Source of the DNA: an uncultured Gammaproteobacteria bacterium
Lineage (GTDB): Bacteria; Patescibacteriota; Patescibacteriia; Magasanikbacterales; GWA2-37-8
Length of the DNA: 64,000 bases
Assembly (NCBI GenBank): GCA_964533715.1
Contig: CAZHNI010000004.1
Location: 13,741-77,740 of the forward strand
Reading direction: 5' to 3'
Shown here: in pieces, positions 45,169 through 55,364 of the stretch
How the letters are laid out: each line of letters opens with the position of its first letter
How positions within the stretch are numbered: position 1 is the stretch's first letter
Translations under genes and position numbers: made by a program
The notes under the pieces: model-generated
Told to the model about the DNA's origin: nothing
The model's input: the letters and a program-made list of their open reading frames with translations, nothing else
Database searches by the model: none

Positions 45169-47931
45169 ATGCTTTTTGAACCAAGCAAGCCAATTCCGCT
45201 TCTTGTGTGTGAACACTGCCACGGCAGTGGTGTGTTGCTCTGGGGCCGATGCGGAGAATGCGGCGGCATGGCCATGGGGTATGGTAAGCGCAATCATTGG
45301 ATTTTTTGGCAGTATCCTCTTACACGCTCTCATCTTGCCCTGGAGCGAGGCAGGCGAATATTTAATCGTGTTCGTAGAATTACCACAGGCCTCCTGGGGC
45401 TCAATTTTTGGGTCTGGGCGCTTTGGTTTGGGTACCAGGGCGGGCTTCACCGCGATGCTCTAGTTTTGGTTAATGGACGTCTGCCCGCGCCCAGTGAAAA
45501 AAGTCTCTACCAGGCGCTTTTGTTATTTTTGCTTGGGGTAGTTTGTTTTTCGTATTTATTATATCGAAAAATAACAGAAAAACGCTCTCTTGCCGCGGTT
45601 GAGCATCATGATTACAAAGAAACCGGAGCAAGCGGAGTAATTGTTCCCGCAAATTGGGCGGAAGCAAAACGAACTCAAAGACGTCTGCGAAAAAATATTG
45701 CTGCCTCTTTTACCGATGAGGCTTTAAAAGTTTTTGACACCGCGTATCGAATTGGCGAGAAAGAAAATCTCCGCACGGTTACGCCCCTTCTTATATTTCG
45801 TAGTCTTTTAAAATCAGATCACATTGCCGGCATATTTATTCGTTTCGGCATCCCGCTTTCAATTGTTGAGAAAAAAATTGCTCCGCTTGCTCAGAGTACC
45901 AGTGTCAAAGATAGTGAGCTCGAAGTGCAAAACGATGTTCAACAAATACTTTTTCAATCATATGAAGAAGCGTACGATTCTCATCAGGAATATGTAAGTG
46001 TAACCGAAATACTGTTGGCCGTTGTACGGCAGTCGCCCGCCCTCCAGGATGTTTTGTATGATTTTGGTATCGATAAACAAAAATTAACCAACGTGGTTGA
46101 ATGGGTTCGTATTCGCGAACGGTTGTATCGACAATATGTACAATTCCGCCATGCGGCCAGTCACCGTTCCAAATATGGCATGGATAAAGCCATGACCGCT
46201 GTAGCCACTCCGTATCTTAATAAATTTAGTGATGATGTTACCATGCTCGCACAATTTGGCCACACCAGTCCAGCGGTGGCTCGCGATAAAGAGCTAGCCG
46301 AAATATTCCGCGTAGTCGAAGGTGGCCAAAACAATGTTATTTTGGTTGGTGATTATGGTGTTGGTAAAAAAAGTATTGTAGAAGGCATTGCCGAGCGCAT
46401 GGTAGAAGATGACGTTCCCGATAGACTTAAAGATAAAAGATTAGTTAGGCTCAGCGTACCTTCTCTTTTGGCTGGCACTACCCCCTCGGGAGCGGTGGAG
46501 AGGCTTATTACTATCATGAATGAAATTGCTCATGCCAGAAATATTATTTTATTAATCCACAATATTCAGGAGCTCATTGGTGTGTCGGCCGGCGCGCAAG
46601 GCGACAGTTTGGACGTGGCTGGAACGCTTGCCGACTTTCTTTCCGGCGGTCGGTTTATGACTATTGCCACGACCACGGTAGAGGCTCACACGCACTATAT
46701 TGCCAATTCTAAATTAAGCGCTGTTTTTAGCAAGGTAGAAATTGCCGAAATGTCCGAAGACCAAGCTATCCAGGTGGTAGAATCAAAAATTGGGTATATC
46801 GAATATAAACACAAGGTATTTTTTTCGTATGATGCCATTGCTAAAGCGGTAAAATTATCTAAGCAATTTATTCATGAGACGGTGCTTCCAGGCAGCGCAC
46901 TTGAAATAGTAAGCGAAGCCGCCAGTTTTACCTATAATAAAAAAGGTAAAAATTCGCTCGTCGGCTCCGATGAAGTAGCGGCGGTAGTGGCCGAAAAAAC
47001 AAAAATTCCTGTTACCACTGTTTCCGCCGATGAAACCACCAAACTCCTGCATCTTGAAGAAGCTATGCATCAGCGTGTTATTGGTCAAGATGAAGCGGTA
47101 AGCTTGGTGGCTAATTCACTGCGCCGGGCCCGCGCGCAAATTCGTTCCACCACCAAACCAATTGCCAATTTTCTATTTTTGGGTCCAACTGGTGTGGGTA
47201 AAACCGAACTTACCAAAACTATTGCCGAAGTCTATTTTGGCGGCGAAGAGCGCATGATCCGCCTTGATATGAGTGAATATCAAGATAAATCAAGTATACA
47301 CCGCCTCATTGGGTCTCCGGGCGAAAAGGGGAGTGGTGTTTTAACCGAAGCTGTCCGCCGCAGTCCATTTGCACTGGTGCTCTTAGATGAAATTGAAAAA
47401 GCCGATAAAGACATTCTTAATTTATTTTTGCAGGTAATGGACGATGGTCGTTTGTCCGACAGCACTGGCCGCGTGGTAGATTTTACCAATATTATTCTTA
47501 TTGCTACCTCAAATGCCGGCACTGCCTACGTTGGAGAGCAAATTAAAAACGGTCTTTCTTCCGATATTATTAAAGATCGTTTGCTCCACGGAGAGTTAAA
47601 AGATTATTTCCGCCCGGAATTTTTAAACCGGTTTGATGGTATCGTTCTGTTTAAACCACTCAGCCAAGCCGACATAAAACAAGTCGCTGGCCTTCTTTTA
47701 AAACGTGTCGCACGTGATTTGGAACAAAAAGGCATTGGGCTAGAAGTAACCGACGCCGCGCTGGAGTATTTTGCCGGCATTGGGTTTGACCCGGAATTCG
47801 GGGCCCGTCCTATGCGGCGTGTTATTCAGGAACGAGTGGAAAACGAGCTTGCTGAACTTCTGTTAGCGCAAAAATTACAACGTCGCAGCACGGTGGTTAT
47901 AGGTAAGGAGGGTAAGCTGGATGTCAAATAA
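45169..47931 (+). CDS. ClpA/B/C-family AAA+ ATPase with N-terminal Zn finger and TM helices
   Basis: D2 GPTGVGKTE, RLDMSEYQ, LLDEIEKA, FRPEFLNRFD, FGARPMRR; Clp-N-like repeats. Confidence 0.9.
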   Translation: MLFEPSKPIPLLVCEHCHGSGVLLWGRCGECGGMAMGYGKRNHWIFWQYPLTRSHLALERGRRIFNRVRRITTGLLGLNFWVWALWFGYQGGLHRDALVLVNGRLPAPSEKSLYQALLLFLLGVVCFSYLLYRKITEKRSLAAVEHHDYKETGASGVIVPANWAEAKRTQRRLRKNIAASFTDEALKVFDTAYRIGEKENLRTVTPLLIFRSLLKSDHIAGIFIRFGIPLSIVEKKIAPLAQSTSVKDSELEVQNDVQQILFQSYEEAYDSHQEYVSVTEILLAVVRQSPALQDVLYDFGIDKQKLTNVVEWVRIRERLYRQYVQFRHAASHRSKYGMDKAMTAVATPYLNKFSDDVTMLAQFGHTSPAVARDKELAEIFRVVEGGQNNVILVGDYGVGKKSIVEGIAERMVEDDVPDRLKDKRLVRLSVPSLLAGTTPSGAVERLITIMNEIAHARNIILLIHNIQELIGVSAGAQGDSLDVAGTLADFLSGGRFMTIATTTVEAHTHYIANSKLSAVFSKVEIAEMSEDQAIQVVESKIGYIEYKHKVFFSYDAIAKAVKLSKQFIHETVLPGSALEIVSEAASFTYNKKGKNSLVGSDEVAAVVAEKTKIPVTTVSADETTKLLHLEEAMHQRVIGQDEAVSLVANSLRRARAQIRSTTKPIANFLFLGPTGVGKTELTKTIAEVYFGGEERMIRLDMSEYQDKSSIHRLIGSPGEKGSGVLTEAVRRSPFALVLLDEIEKADKDILNLFLQVMDDGRLSDSTGRVVDFTNIILIATSNAGTAYVGEQIKNGLSSDIIKDRLLHGELKDYFRPEFLNRFDGIVLFKPLSQADIKQVAGLLLKRVARDLEQKGIGLEVTDAALEYFAGIGFDPEFGARPMRRVIQERVENELAELLLAQKLQRRSTVVIGKEGKLDVK

Positions 47932-48964
47932 GGTTTTTATGCTCATATATTTTTTTTGCTCCCTCGCTCTCGCATCCGTAACCACGGTTTTGGTCCGCAA
48001 AATTGCCAACCGGTTCAAGGTTGTTGATGTCCCAAATCAAGATCGTAAAACACACTCAGGTCCAGTAGCTCTTCTTGGCGGCGTTGGTATCTTTTTTTCT
48101 TTTTGGGGAATTATTTTTTTTATTTTGCGGTGGCACCAAATCAACGGCATTGAACTTTTATTTCCAAAATTAGAAGCGGCCTTTTTGGGTAGTTTTATTT
48201 TACTCTTAATTGGTATTGCGGATGATATTCGCCCTTTTTCCGCCCGGGCACGGTTAACTATTGTGTCGGTTGCTGTTTTAATTACCGTGCTCTCTGGCGG
48301 CGGACTCGAAAGAATTACTAATCCATTTGGTGGATTTATAAATCTTGGTTTATTTGTTGGGTATTTTTTTGTTTTTGCTTGGCTCATGGGCATGACCTAC
48401 ACCACCAAAATTTTGGATGGGCTCGACGGCCTAGCGAGCGGTGTTGTTTTAATTGGGTCACTTCTTATTTATGCGGTTACGGCTACGCGTCAATTTTATC
48501 AGCCCAATGTAGGTCTTGTGGCTATTATTTTTGCCGGTGTGTGCGCCGGATTTTTAATTTTTAATTTTTCACCAGCGTCAATTTTTTTAGGTGAATCGGG
48601 TAGCCTGTTTATTGGGTTTATGCTGGGGGTGCTTGCGGTAATTGGCGGAGGTAAACTCGCCACGGCGCTACTCGTTATGGCGGTACCTATTTTTGATTTG
48701 GCCCGGGTTATGTATGTTCGCTTAAGGCGAGGCAAGCCCCTTTTTGAGGGGGACCGAGAGCATCTGCATTTTCAGCTTCGTGATTTGGGTTGGTCGGAGC
48801 GTCAAGTGGTTTTTTCTTATTATGCCATTGCTACTCTGTTTGGTTTAACTACCTTGTTTTTACAAAGTTATCAAAAAATTGTAGCACTCATTGTTTTATT
48901 GGTAGTCATGGTCGGTTTTGGTTGGTATGTTGGGTCGCGCAAGTATAGTAACAAAAAACAATAA
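47921..48964 (+). CDS. MraY/WecA-family polyprenyl-phosphate GlcNAc-1-P transferase
   Basis: RKTH..PVALLGG, GIADD, LDGLDGLA, FNFSPASIFLGESG, DREHLHF. Confidence 0.92.
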   Translation: MSNKVFMLIYFFCSLALASVTTVLVRKIANRFKVVDVPNQDRKTHSGPVALLGGVGIFFSFWGIIFFILRWHQINGIELLFPKLEAAFLGSFILLLIGIADDIRPFSARARLTIVSVAVLITVLSGGGLERITNPFGGFINLGLFVGYFFVFAWLMGMTYTTKILDGLDGLASGVVLIGSLLIYAVTATRQFYQPNVGLVAIIFAGVCAGFLIFNFSPASIFLGESGSLFIGFMLGVLAVIGGGKLATALLVMAVPIFDLARVMYVRLRRGKPLFEGDREHLHFQLRDLGWSERQVVFSYYAIATLFGLTTLFLQSYQKIVALIVLLVVMVGFGWYVGSRKYSNKKQ

Positions 48965-48965
48965 T

Positions 48966-49445
48966 ATGTTGTTTAAAAAAAATAAAAATTTGGAATTAAA
49001 AAAATGGCATGTGTATTTTTTAGGCTTACTGATTATTTTTGCTATCGGTTATAAAATTTCGCAAAATGTGTGGGCCAAGGGGTTTGTAAATATTCGTGGG
49101 CAAACCATTCGCGTTCTTGTTGCTAATAATTTTATGCATCGCTACAAGGGTTGGAGTAATCGTGACTCTATGGGTAACTACGGCGGGATGCTTTTTGTTT
49201 TTCCTACACGTGAACAACATACTATGGTTATGCGTCATATGCGATTCCCCCTGGATATTATTTGGATAGATAATGGGGTTATAATAGATATTGCCCCAAA
49301 TTTACCTCCAGATTTAGCAAAAAATGAAACTGATTTGAAACAATATTCGGCTCGGTTGCCATCCTCAGCGGTTTTGGAAGTTCCGGCTGGTTTTGTGGCG
49401 AAGTATGGGCTTAAAATTGGGGATGCTATTAAAATGAGTGACTAG
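48966..49445 (+). CDS. DUF192 family protein
   Basis: GMLFVF, MRHMRFPLDIIWI, VLEVPAG, LKIGD. Confidence 0.88.
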   Translation: MLFKKNKNLELKKWHVYFLGLLIIFAIGYKISQNVWAKGFVNIRGQTIRVLVANNFMHRYKGWSNRDSMGNYGGMLFVFPTREQHTMVMRHMRFPLDIIWIDNGVIIDIAPNLPPDLAKNETDLKQYSARLPSSAVLEVPAGFVAKYGLKIGDAIKMSD

Positions 49446-49457
49446 CAAGGTTTAACC

Positions 49458-49486
49458 TTGACGTTTTTTTAATGGTGGTGTATAAT
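49458..49486 (+). promoter_or_regulatory. sigma70-type promoter for rplU
   Basis: TTGACG-17-TATAAT. Confidence 0.75.
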
Positions 49487-49520
49487 GGGCACACTTATTA
49501 CTAATCTTCGGATTTTCTAT

Positions 49521-49826
49521 ATGTTGGCAGTAATTGCTACCGGCGGCAAGCAATATCTTGTTAAAACCGGTGATACTCTCAAAATCGAAAAAATTGTCGG
49601 CAATGCAGGCGATAAAATTACTTTTGATCAGGTGTTTTTAACTGCAGAAGATGATGGTTCAAATATAAAAGTTGGCACACCAACGGTTGTGGGCGTAAAA
49701 GTTTTGGCCACAATTGTAAAACAAGGCAGATACAAAACAGTGCGTGCCGAAAAGTTTAAGCGCAAAGTTCGTTACCACAAAGTAACCGGCCTACGCCAAC
49801 CATTTACGGAAGTAAAAATTGACTAA
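49521..49826 (+). CDS. rplU: 50S ribosomal protein L21
   Basis: AVIATGGKQYLV, VGTP, G.RQPFTEVKI. Confidence 0.96.
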   Translation: MLAVIATGGKQYLVKTGDTLKIEKIVGNAGDKITFDQVFLTAEDDGSNIKVGTPTVVGVKVLATIVKQGRYKTVRAEKFKRKVRYHKVTGLRQPFTEVKID

Positions 49827-49834
49827 AATTTTAC

Positions 49835-49870
49835 AAAAAAATCCGGTGCCCTAAGGCCCGGATTTTTTTT
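49835..49870. terminator. bidirectional terminator rplU/recR
   Basis: aaaaaaatccgg..gcc-ctaa-ggc-ccggatttttttt. Confidence 0.8.
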
Positions 49871-50462
49871 GTAAACGATTTTGAATTGCGCTCGCAAGTG
49901 TTATTTCGTCGGCGTAGCGCAAGTCGCTCCCCATGGGTAGGCCCCGCGCGAGGCGGGAAATAGCGAGTCTGGGATTAAGAGCGCGCAATTCTTTCTCCAA
50001 AAAAAGTGCGGTGGTCTCTCCGGCAACGTCCGGGCTAAACGCCAAAATTATTTCGTGTACACCATTTTTTACAGCTCGTTGTTTTAGTTCGCGTATTTTT
50101 AGTCTGTGAATATGCTCTATGTCGGTCGCATCAAGCAAACCGCGCAGCACATGGTACATTCCTTTGTATTCATGAGTTCGTTCAATGGCTGCCACGTCCT
50201 GTGAATCGGCTACAACACAAATAGTGGTATGATCTCGTTTGGGGTCACTACAAATAACGCATGGATTTTTGTCACTAAAATCCCAGCACTCTTCACAACT
50301 TTTTACATTTTCAAGCAGTTCATCAAGCGCCTCAATCATTTCGGAGACTTCTTTTTTGCCCGATTTTAATAAATAAAAAACAAACCGTTCGGCAGTACGA
50401 GTACCAACTGTTGGCAGTTTTTTAAAGGCATTAATTAGTTTAGTTATCGGTGGAGAATACAT
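49851..50462 (-). CDS. recR: recombination protein RecR
   Basis: LPTVGTRTAER, C4 Zn finger, YHVLRG, RLARGLPMGSDL.YAD. Confidence 0.96.
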   Translation of the reverse strand: MYSPPITKLINAFKKLPTVGTRTAERFVFYLLKSGKKEVSEMIEALDELLENVKSCEECWDFSDKNPCVICSDPKRDHTTICVVADSQDVAAIERTHEYKGMYHVLRGLLDATDIEHIHRLKIRELKQRAVKNGVHEIILAFSPDVAGETTALFLEKELRALNPRLAISRLARGLPMGSDLRYADEITLASAIQNRLQKKSGP

Positions 50463-50547
50463 ACCAGTACTAAGCCGGTAAGTGTTAAGAACGTTTTCAG
50501 GGTATCTTAGGTAGTGTCTTAAATTTGGGGCTTACCTGGCTTGGCTT
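50463..50547. repeat. degenerate TAAG/CTTA periodic inverted repeat
   Basis: taagccg gtaagtg ttaag facing cttagg..cttaaa..cttacctggcttgg; fills the ybaB-recR gap. Confidence 0.45.
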
Positions 50548-50856
50548 CTACCCAATACTTGGCATGCCTGGCATGCCGCCCATTTCTTGCATCTTGGCTG
50601 CAATAATTCGTTGCATTTTTTTCAACGCGTCGCCGTGAGCTTCTTTAATGGCGGCTTCTAGTTTGGTTTTAAACCCAGGAGATAATACTTCAGGATCAAT
50701 AACAAGGCCGGTAATTTGTAAATTACCATCCATAGTTAAAAGAACTTTATCGCCCATTGTTCGTACTGTTACTGTTTCACCAGCCAATGCGCCTTGGAGT
50801 TTCTTGCCCTGTTCACGTAAATCTTTGAACTGTTTGAGTTTTGAAAATACGGACAT
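50548..50856 (-). CDS. ybaB: YbaB/EbfC nucleoid-associated protein
   Basis: upstream of recR; V.LTMDGNLQITGLVIDPE; ATG 50856. Confidence 0.85.
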   Translation of the reverse strand: MSVFSKLKQFKDLREQGKKLQGALAGETVTVRTMGDKVLLTMDGNLQITGLVIDPEVLSPGFKTKLEAAIKEAHGDALKKMQRIIAAKMQEMGGMPGMPSIG

Positions 50857-50983
50857 ATGAATTTCCTTTCGCAAGCGAATTTATCTCGCAATAAATTCGG
50901 TCCAGAGCGAATCGCAATGAGCGATGAACATCCTCATGAACCGGAAATAACGGAGAAGATTCCTTGGAATAATAATTAATAAA

Positions 50984-52435
50984 TTAAAATTGTGGAATTG
51001 GTGGGGGAGAAGATTCAACTGGTTTAGCAAAAGCGGATTTTGGTTTTAAAGCTCCCGAGCTCTGGTCGTTATAGTGTGTTTCTAAATTCCTAAACGAAGC
51101 TAGAGTTTCGTTAAAAGCAACTTTAACGAGTCCGGTAGGACCATTGCGATGCTTGGCGATATGAATTTCTGCCAGATTTCTTTCATCCGGCGGTATGTCT
51201 TCCATTCGGTAGTTACGATCGGCTGATTTGCGATAAATAAAAATGACGACGTCAGCATCCTGTTCAATGGAACCAGATTCGCGCAGGTGTGAAAGTTTTG
51301 GAATAGCTGGTTTACTTTGTTCCACCACGCGTGAAAGCTGAGAGAGCGCCAGAACCGGAATGTTAAGCTCACGCGCAATACCTTTAAGGCCACGAGTAAT
51401 TTCGGCAATTTCTTGGGTACGGTTATCGTTAGAGGAATGCGATTCCATAAGCTGTAAATAGTCTACCACAATAAGACCAAGTCCATGCTCTGCCTGGAGA
51501 CGTCGCGCTTTTGTTCTAATTTGCATTATATTTACATTGGGGGCGTCATCAATAAAAATAGGCGATTCGGATAAAACACCAATTGCGTGTCCAATGCGCG
51601 GGAAATCATCATCTTCTGGTCGGTCAGAAAGCCTGCCGGTGCGCATTTTCCACAAATCAACGCCAGCTTCGGAGCAAAGCATTCTATCAACTAGTTGTTC
51701 TTTGCTCATTTCAAGAGAGAACAGCCCAACCGGCACTTTTTGTTTGGTGGCAACATTGCGTACAATATCGAGGGCAAATGAAGTTTTTCCAACACTCGGG
51801 CGGGCGGCCAAAATAACCAAATCAGATTTTTGAAGGCCGGCTAATAAATTATCGAGCTGTTTAAAACCGGTTGGTACGCCGCGCAGTTGCCCTTTATTTT
51901 TGTGCAATTCGTCAATGCGGTCAAAAGCATCCGCAAGCACCCCGCGAATGGGGGTAAAAGCCTGTTTAAAATAAATATTGGAAACTCCAAATAAATGACG
52001 TTGGGCCTCGTCAAGCAATTCTTCAATGTTATCTTGTTCTTCGAGGTAGGCTAAGCGGGAAATTTCGTATGACGAAGTTAACAGCCGTCGCCGAGTAGCT
52101 TTGCGATGAATAATATGGCCATAATTTACCACGTTTGAGGCTGTTGGCACGGCGTTGGTGAGGGCAGCGAGGTATGCTCTGCCACCAATCATCTCTAAAT
52201 GCCCTTTTTCTTCCAACCGAGTTGAGAGAGTCAAAAGATCAATGGGGTCATTTTTGCCGTAAAGTTCTAAAATACATTCAAAAATTTTAACATGAGCATT
52301 TTTATAAAAATCTTCCGGCGTTACGATATCAGCCACCTTAAGAATTGCTTCTTTATCAATTAAAAGCGAGCCTAAAAAAGACATTTCGGCTTCCAAACTT
52401 TGCGGCGGAATTTTTTCAATTTCATCTGTGGGCAT
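50984..52435 (-). CDS. dnaB: replicative DNA helicase
   Basis: PPQSLEAE, AARPSVGKT, FSLEMS, VDYLQLM, LRESGSIEQDAD, KHRNGPTG. Confidence 0.98.
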   Translation of the reverse strand: MPTDEIEKIPPQSLEAEMSFLGSLLIDKEAILKVADIVTPEDFYKNAHVKIFECILELYGKNDPIDLLTLSTRLEEKGHLEMIGGRAYLAALTNAVPTASNVVNYGHIIHRKATRRRLLTSSYEISRLAYLEEQDNIEELLDEAQRHLFGVSNIYFKQAFTPIRGVLADAFDRIDELHKNKGQLRGVPTGFKQLDNLLAGLQKSDLVILAARPSVGKTSFALDIVRNVATKQKVPVGLFSLEMSKEQLVDRMLCSEAGVDLWKMRTGRLSDRPEDDDFPRIGHAIGVLSESPIFIDDAPNVNIMQIRTKARRLQAEHGLGLIVVDYLQLMESHSSNDNRTQEIAEITRGLKGIARELNIPVLALSQLSRVVEQSKPAIPKLSHLRESGSIEQDADVVIFIYRKSADRNYRMEDIPPDERNLAEIHIAKHRNGPTGLVKVAFNETLASFRNLETHYNDQSSGALKPKSAFAKPVESSPPPIPQF

Positions 52436-52590
52436 ACTTTAGCAGTTAGTTGTGGTATGGTAGCCGAAGTACAGTCTTTCGGCAAGGGCAAACGTGTGTA
52501 TTAATTGGGGGTATTTTGTGCAAAAAAGAACGCCCCCCTCCTTCTTTTTTTAAGATTTGCTTGGTATACTGTGAGTACCCGCGTTATTAT

Positions 52591-54378
52591 ATGATTATTC
52601 GAAAAAGCAGTATCGGTATTTTTTTGACTACCTATATAGCGTCAGTCGCATATGGGTTTTATCTTTTGTTCGCTGCTCGTACCGGGGGAGCAATTACTTC
52701 TCCTTGGCAAACCATTGCCCCGCGGTATGTTGTGGTATTTTTTTTAGCGACAGCAATTTTGGGAAGTCTAATTTTTTTACGTTTAAAAACAAGTATCATT
52801 TTATTTTTTTTAATTCTTCACTCACTGCTGTTGCACAGTTATTTGCCGTTAACTCATCAGCTTCTCTACGGTGCCGACCAATGGCGTCACATGGCAGTTG
52901 AGACGCGAATAGCGTCCGGTCTTCCTTTTTTAACCCCAACTTTGGCGAATGGGCAAACCGGTAGTTTTATAAACAATTTTGTTGGTCGTGTGGGCTATAG
53001 TAATTTATGGTACCTCAGTGCCGGGCTCTCTTTTTTTAAATTAAGTTTACTCGATATTAACAAATGGTTGGTACCAATTTTGTGGTCAATTTTTTTCCCG
53101 CTTCTTTTTTACACACTGCTCAAACAAACCGGCTGGTTTGAAAAAAGAACCGCTCTTGTTATTGTTTGGCTTTCGGCTTTGCCATTTACCTGGCAGGTAA
53201 ATGGCTCCTTAACACTTCCGGTGAGTTTAGGATTTTTATTTTTTCTTGGCGCACTCATTTTATTGATCGTACACTTCCAAACCAACTCAAAAATACATTT
53301 GGTTTGGATTGCGCTGGCCGAAATTATTTTATTGTTTAATTACCCACTGTACGCGGTGCTATTTTTTATTTTTTGGCTCAGCGGTGAATTATTGTTCTAT
53401 CGTAAAGTGATTATAAGCGCTGGCGTTAAAAAAGTTGTTACCGGTTTGATATGGCTTTTCGTTGCGCTCAGCATACCAACTGTAGAATTGGTTGCCGGTT
53501 ACAGCACTTTAAAACAACCAATGTCTTTTTTAAAATCCACCGTTCATGTCATTAGTACCTTTTTAGCTCTGCCACTCGCCAAGGGCCCTCCGCCAAACGA
53601 CACGCTGGAAGGCAATATTATTTTTAATCAAATTCCGCGAGTGGCTTTCGTGCCAAACATATTTACCAATTGGCGCTCCTGGATTCCGGTTTTTTTATTA
53701 GCATTTTGGCTCGCAGTTTTTTATGGAGGAAAAAAATTAATTAAAACGGGTTGGCTCGGCTCCTGGTGGGTGCTTTGTGGAAGTGCCGGTTTATTCGGGT
53801 ATATTCTTAGTCGTTATTTTTTGGTAGGGGAGCAGGTGTTGTCGCGGCGTCTGGATTCTACAATTGCGCTGTTTGCTATTGTGCTTTGTGGCAAAGCATT
53901 GGCCGATTGGCTAAATTCACAAAAAATGAACGTTCCCATTATAAAAGTTTTAATTGTAGGTATTTTTTCAATTGCCATTGCCGCTTCATATTCGTTGGGG
54001 CCAGACACAAACGCGGTAAGCCTTGATGAATACCACGCCATGCAATATGTTTGGCAGCAAGAAAAAAACGAAACAAAACATTGTGTCATTGCAGATACGT
54101 ACCCGCTTCTTGCCCTGGAAGCAATTTCGGCTCGGCAAATTATTGGTGGTGGTTTTCCAATTAATTCTACTTTTGCGCAGCCAGAGCGTTCAGCCTTGTT
54201 TAGTTGGGCTTTGGGCAACAATATCGATTGGCTGTCTGCGCACAGTTTAACGGGCGCTCAAAATTGTTGGCTCGTGGTAGGGAATAAAAAACAGTATATA
54301 AATAATAATGAACAGCCGTGCGGTTTATTTAAAAATTTTGGTGGCACAATAGTTTGGCGTGAAGGTTCTTGTAAATAG
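52591..54378 (+). CDS. polytopic membrane protein, possibly GT-C fold
   Basis: many TMs; loop YGADQWRH; ATG 52591 preferred. Confidence 0.6.
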   Translation: MIIRKSSIGIFLTTYIASVAYGFYLLFAARTGGAITSPWQTIAPRYVVVFFLATAILGSLIFLRLKTSIILFFLILHSLLLHSYLPLTHQLLYGADQWRHMAVETRIASGLPFLTPTLANGQTGSFINNFVGRVGYSNLWYLSAGLSFFKLSLLDINKWLVPILWSIFFPLLFYTLLKQTGWFEKRTALVIVWLSALPFTWQVNGSLTLPVSLGFLFFLGALILLIVHFQTNSKIHLVWIALAEIILLFNYPLYAVLFFIFWLSGELLFYRKVIISAGVKKVVTGLIWLFVALSIPTVELVAGYSTLKQPMSFLKSTVHVISTFLALPLAKGPPPNDTLEGNIIFNQIPRVAFVPNIFTNWRSWIPVFLLAFWLAVFYGGKKLIKTGWLGSWWVLCGSAGLFGYILSRYFLVGEQVLSRRLDSTIALFAIVLCGKALADWLNSQKMNVPIIKVLIVGIFSIAIAASYSLGPDTNAVSLDEYHAMQYVWQQEKNETKHCVIADTYPLLALEAISARQIIGGGFPINSTFAQPERSALFSWALGNNIDWLSAHSLTGAQNCWLVVGNKKQYINNNEQPCGLFKNFGGTIVWREGSCK

Positions 54379-54400
54379 ACTATTAACATGTTATCTTTTT

Positions 54401-54814
54401 ATGCATATGAATGAGTGTTTGTTTTGTAAAATTGTTGTTGGTACTATTCCAAATTACACTGTTTATGAAGATGAAAACGTGTTGGCATTTTTAGATATTC
54501 ATCCGTGCAGCAAAGGTCATACCGTAGTTATTCCTAAAAAACATTTTAACAACGTACAAGAAATGAGTTCCGGAGAGTGGCTGAGTTTAATGACGGGAGT
54601 CCGGTTAGCTATGGAAAAAGTCCAAAATACTTTGAATCCAGGTGGCCTGAATATGGGTATTAACGATCGACCAGTAGCCGGGCAAGCGGTGGGCCATGTG
54701 CATTGGCATATTATTCCGCGTTACGTCGGTGATGGCGGTGGCTCAATGCACTCAATAGTTCGGAGCAAAAAGAGCGAGGCGGTAGAAGAGGTGGCCAAGT
54801 TATTTTTTAGATAG
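54401..54814 (+). CDS. HIT family hydrolase
   Basis: CLFCKIV, FLDIHP..KGHT, AGQAVGHVHWHIIPR. Confidence 0.94.
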   Translation: MHMNECLFCKIVVGTIPNYTVYEDENVLAFLDIHPCSKGHTVVIPKKHFNNVQEMSSGEWLSLMTGVRLAMEKVQNTLNPGGLNMGINDRPVAGQAVGHVHWHIIPRYVGDGGGSMHSIVRSKKSEAVEEVAKLFFR

Positions 54815-54820
54815 TTTAAC

Positions 54821-55360
54821 ATGACGCAACCTTATAAAAAAATCTCAACCGAAGTTATTCATCATAATCCGTGGTGGAAGTATTGTCACGATCGGTATGT
54901 ATTGCCTGGAAATGGTGAAGGTGATTATTTTTATGGAGAAAAAGTTGGCGGAGTTATTATTATTCCTGTTCTCGATGATGGCAAGCTTCTTTTGGTTCGC
55001 CAGTATCGTTATTTACAAGAAAAGTTTTCGCTTGAATTTCCGCGTGGCGGTATTGAAACAGATGAAACACCGCTCGTTGCAGCCCAGCGCGAATTTTTGG
55101 AAGAGACGGGGCAATCAGCCAGTAGCTACATTCATATTGGTACGTTTGAGCCTTCGTGTGGGTTATTTAAGGAACCAATGCACGTATTTATAGCTAGTGG
55201 TATAGCGCCTTCTGTGGCAGAATCTGAAGACCAGACCGAAGCTATTGAAACACTTTCACGCCGAGTTGATGAGCTGGAAGATATTATTAAGCGTGGTGAA
55301 ATTTGGGATGGAGAAACTTTAGCGGCGTGGGGGTTAGCACGTTTTAATTTTGTACATTAA
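54821..55360 (+). CDS. NUDIX hydrolase (ADP-ribose pyrophosphatase-like)
   Basis: LVRQYRY, LEFPRGG..ETPLVAAQREFLEETG. Confidence 0.9.
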   Translation: MTQPYKKISTEVIHHNPWWKYCHDRYVLPGNGEGDYFYGEKVGGVIIIPVLDDGKLLLVRQYRYLQEKFSLEFPRGGIETDETPLVAAQREFLEETGQSASSYIHIGTFEPSCGLFKEPMHVFIASGIAPSVAESEDQTEAIETLSRRVDELEDIIKRGEIWDGETLAAWGLARFNFVH

Positions 55361-55364
55361 TTAT

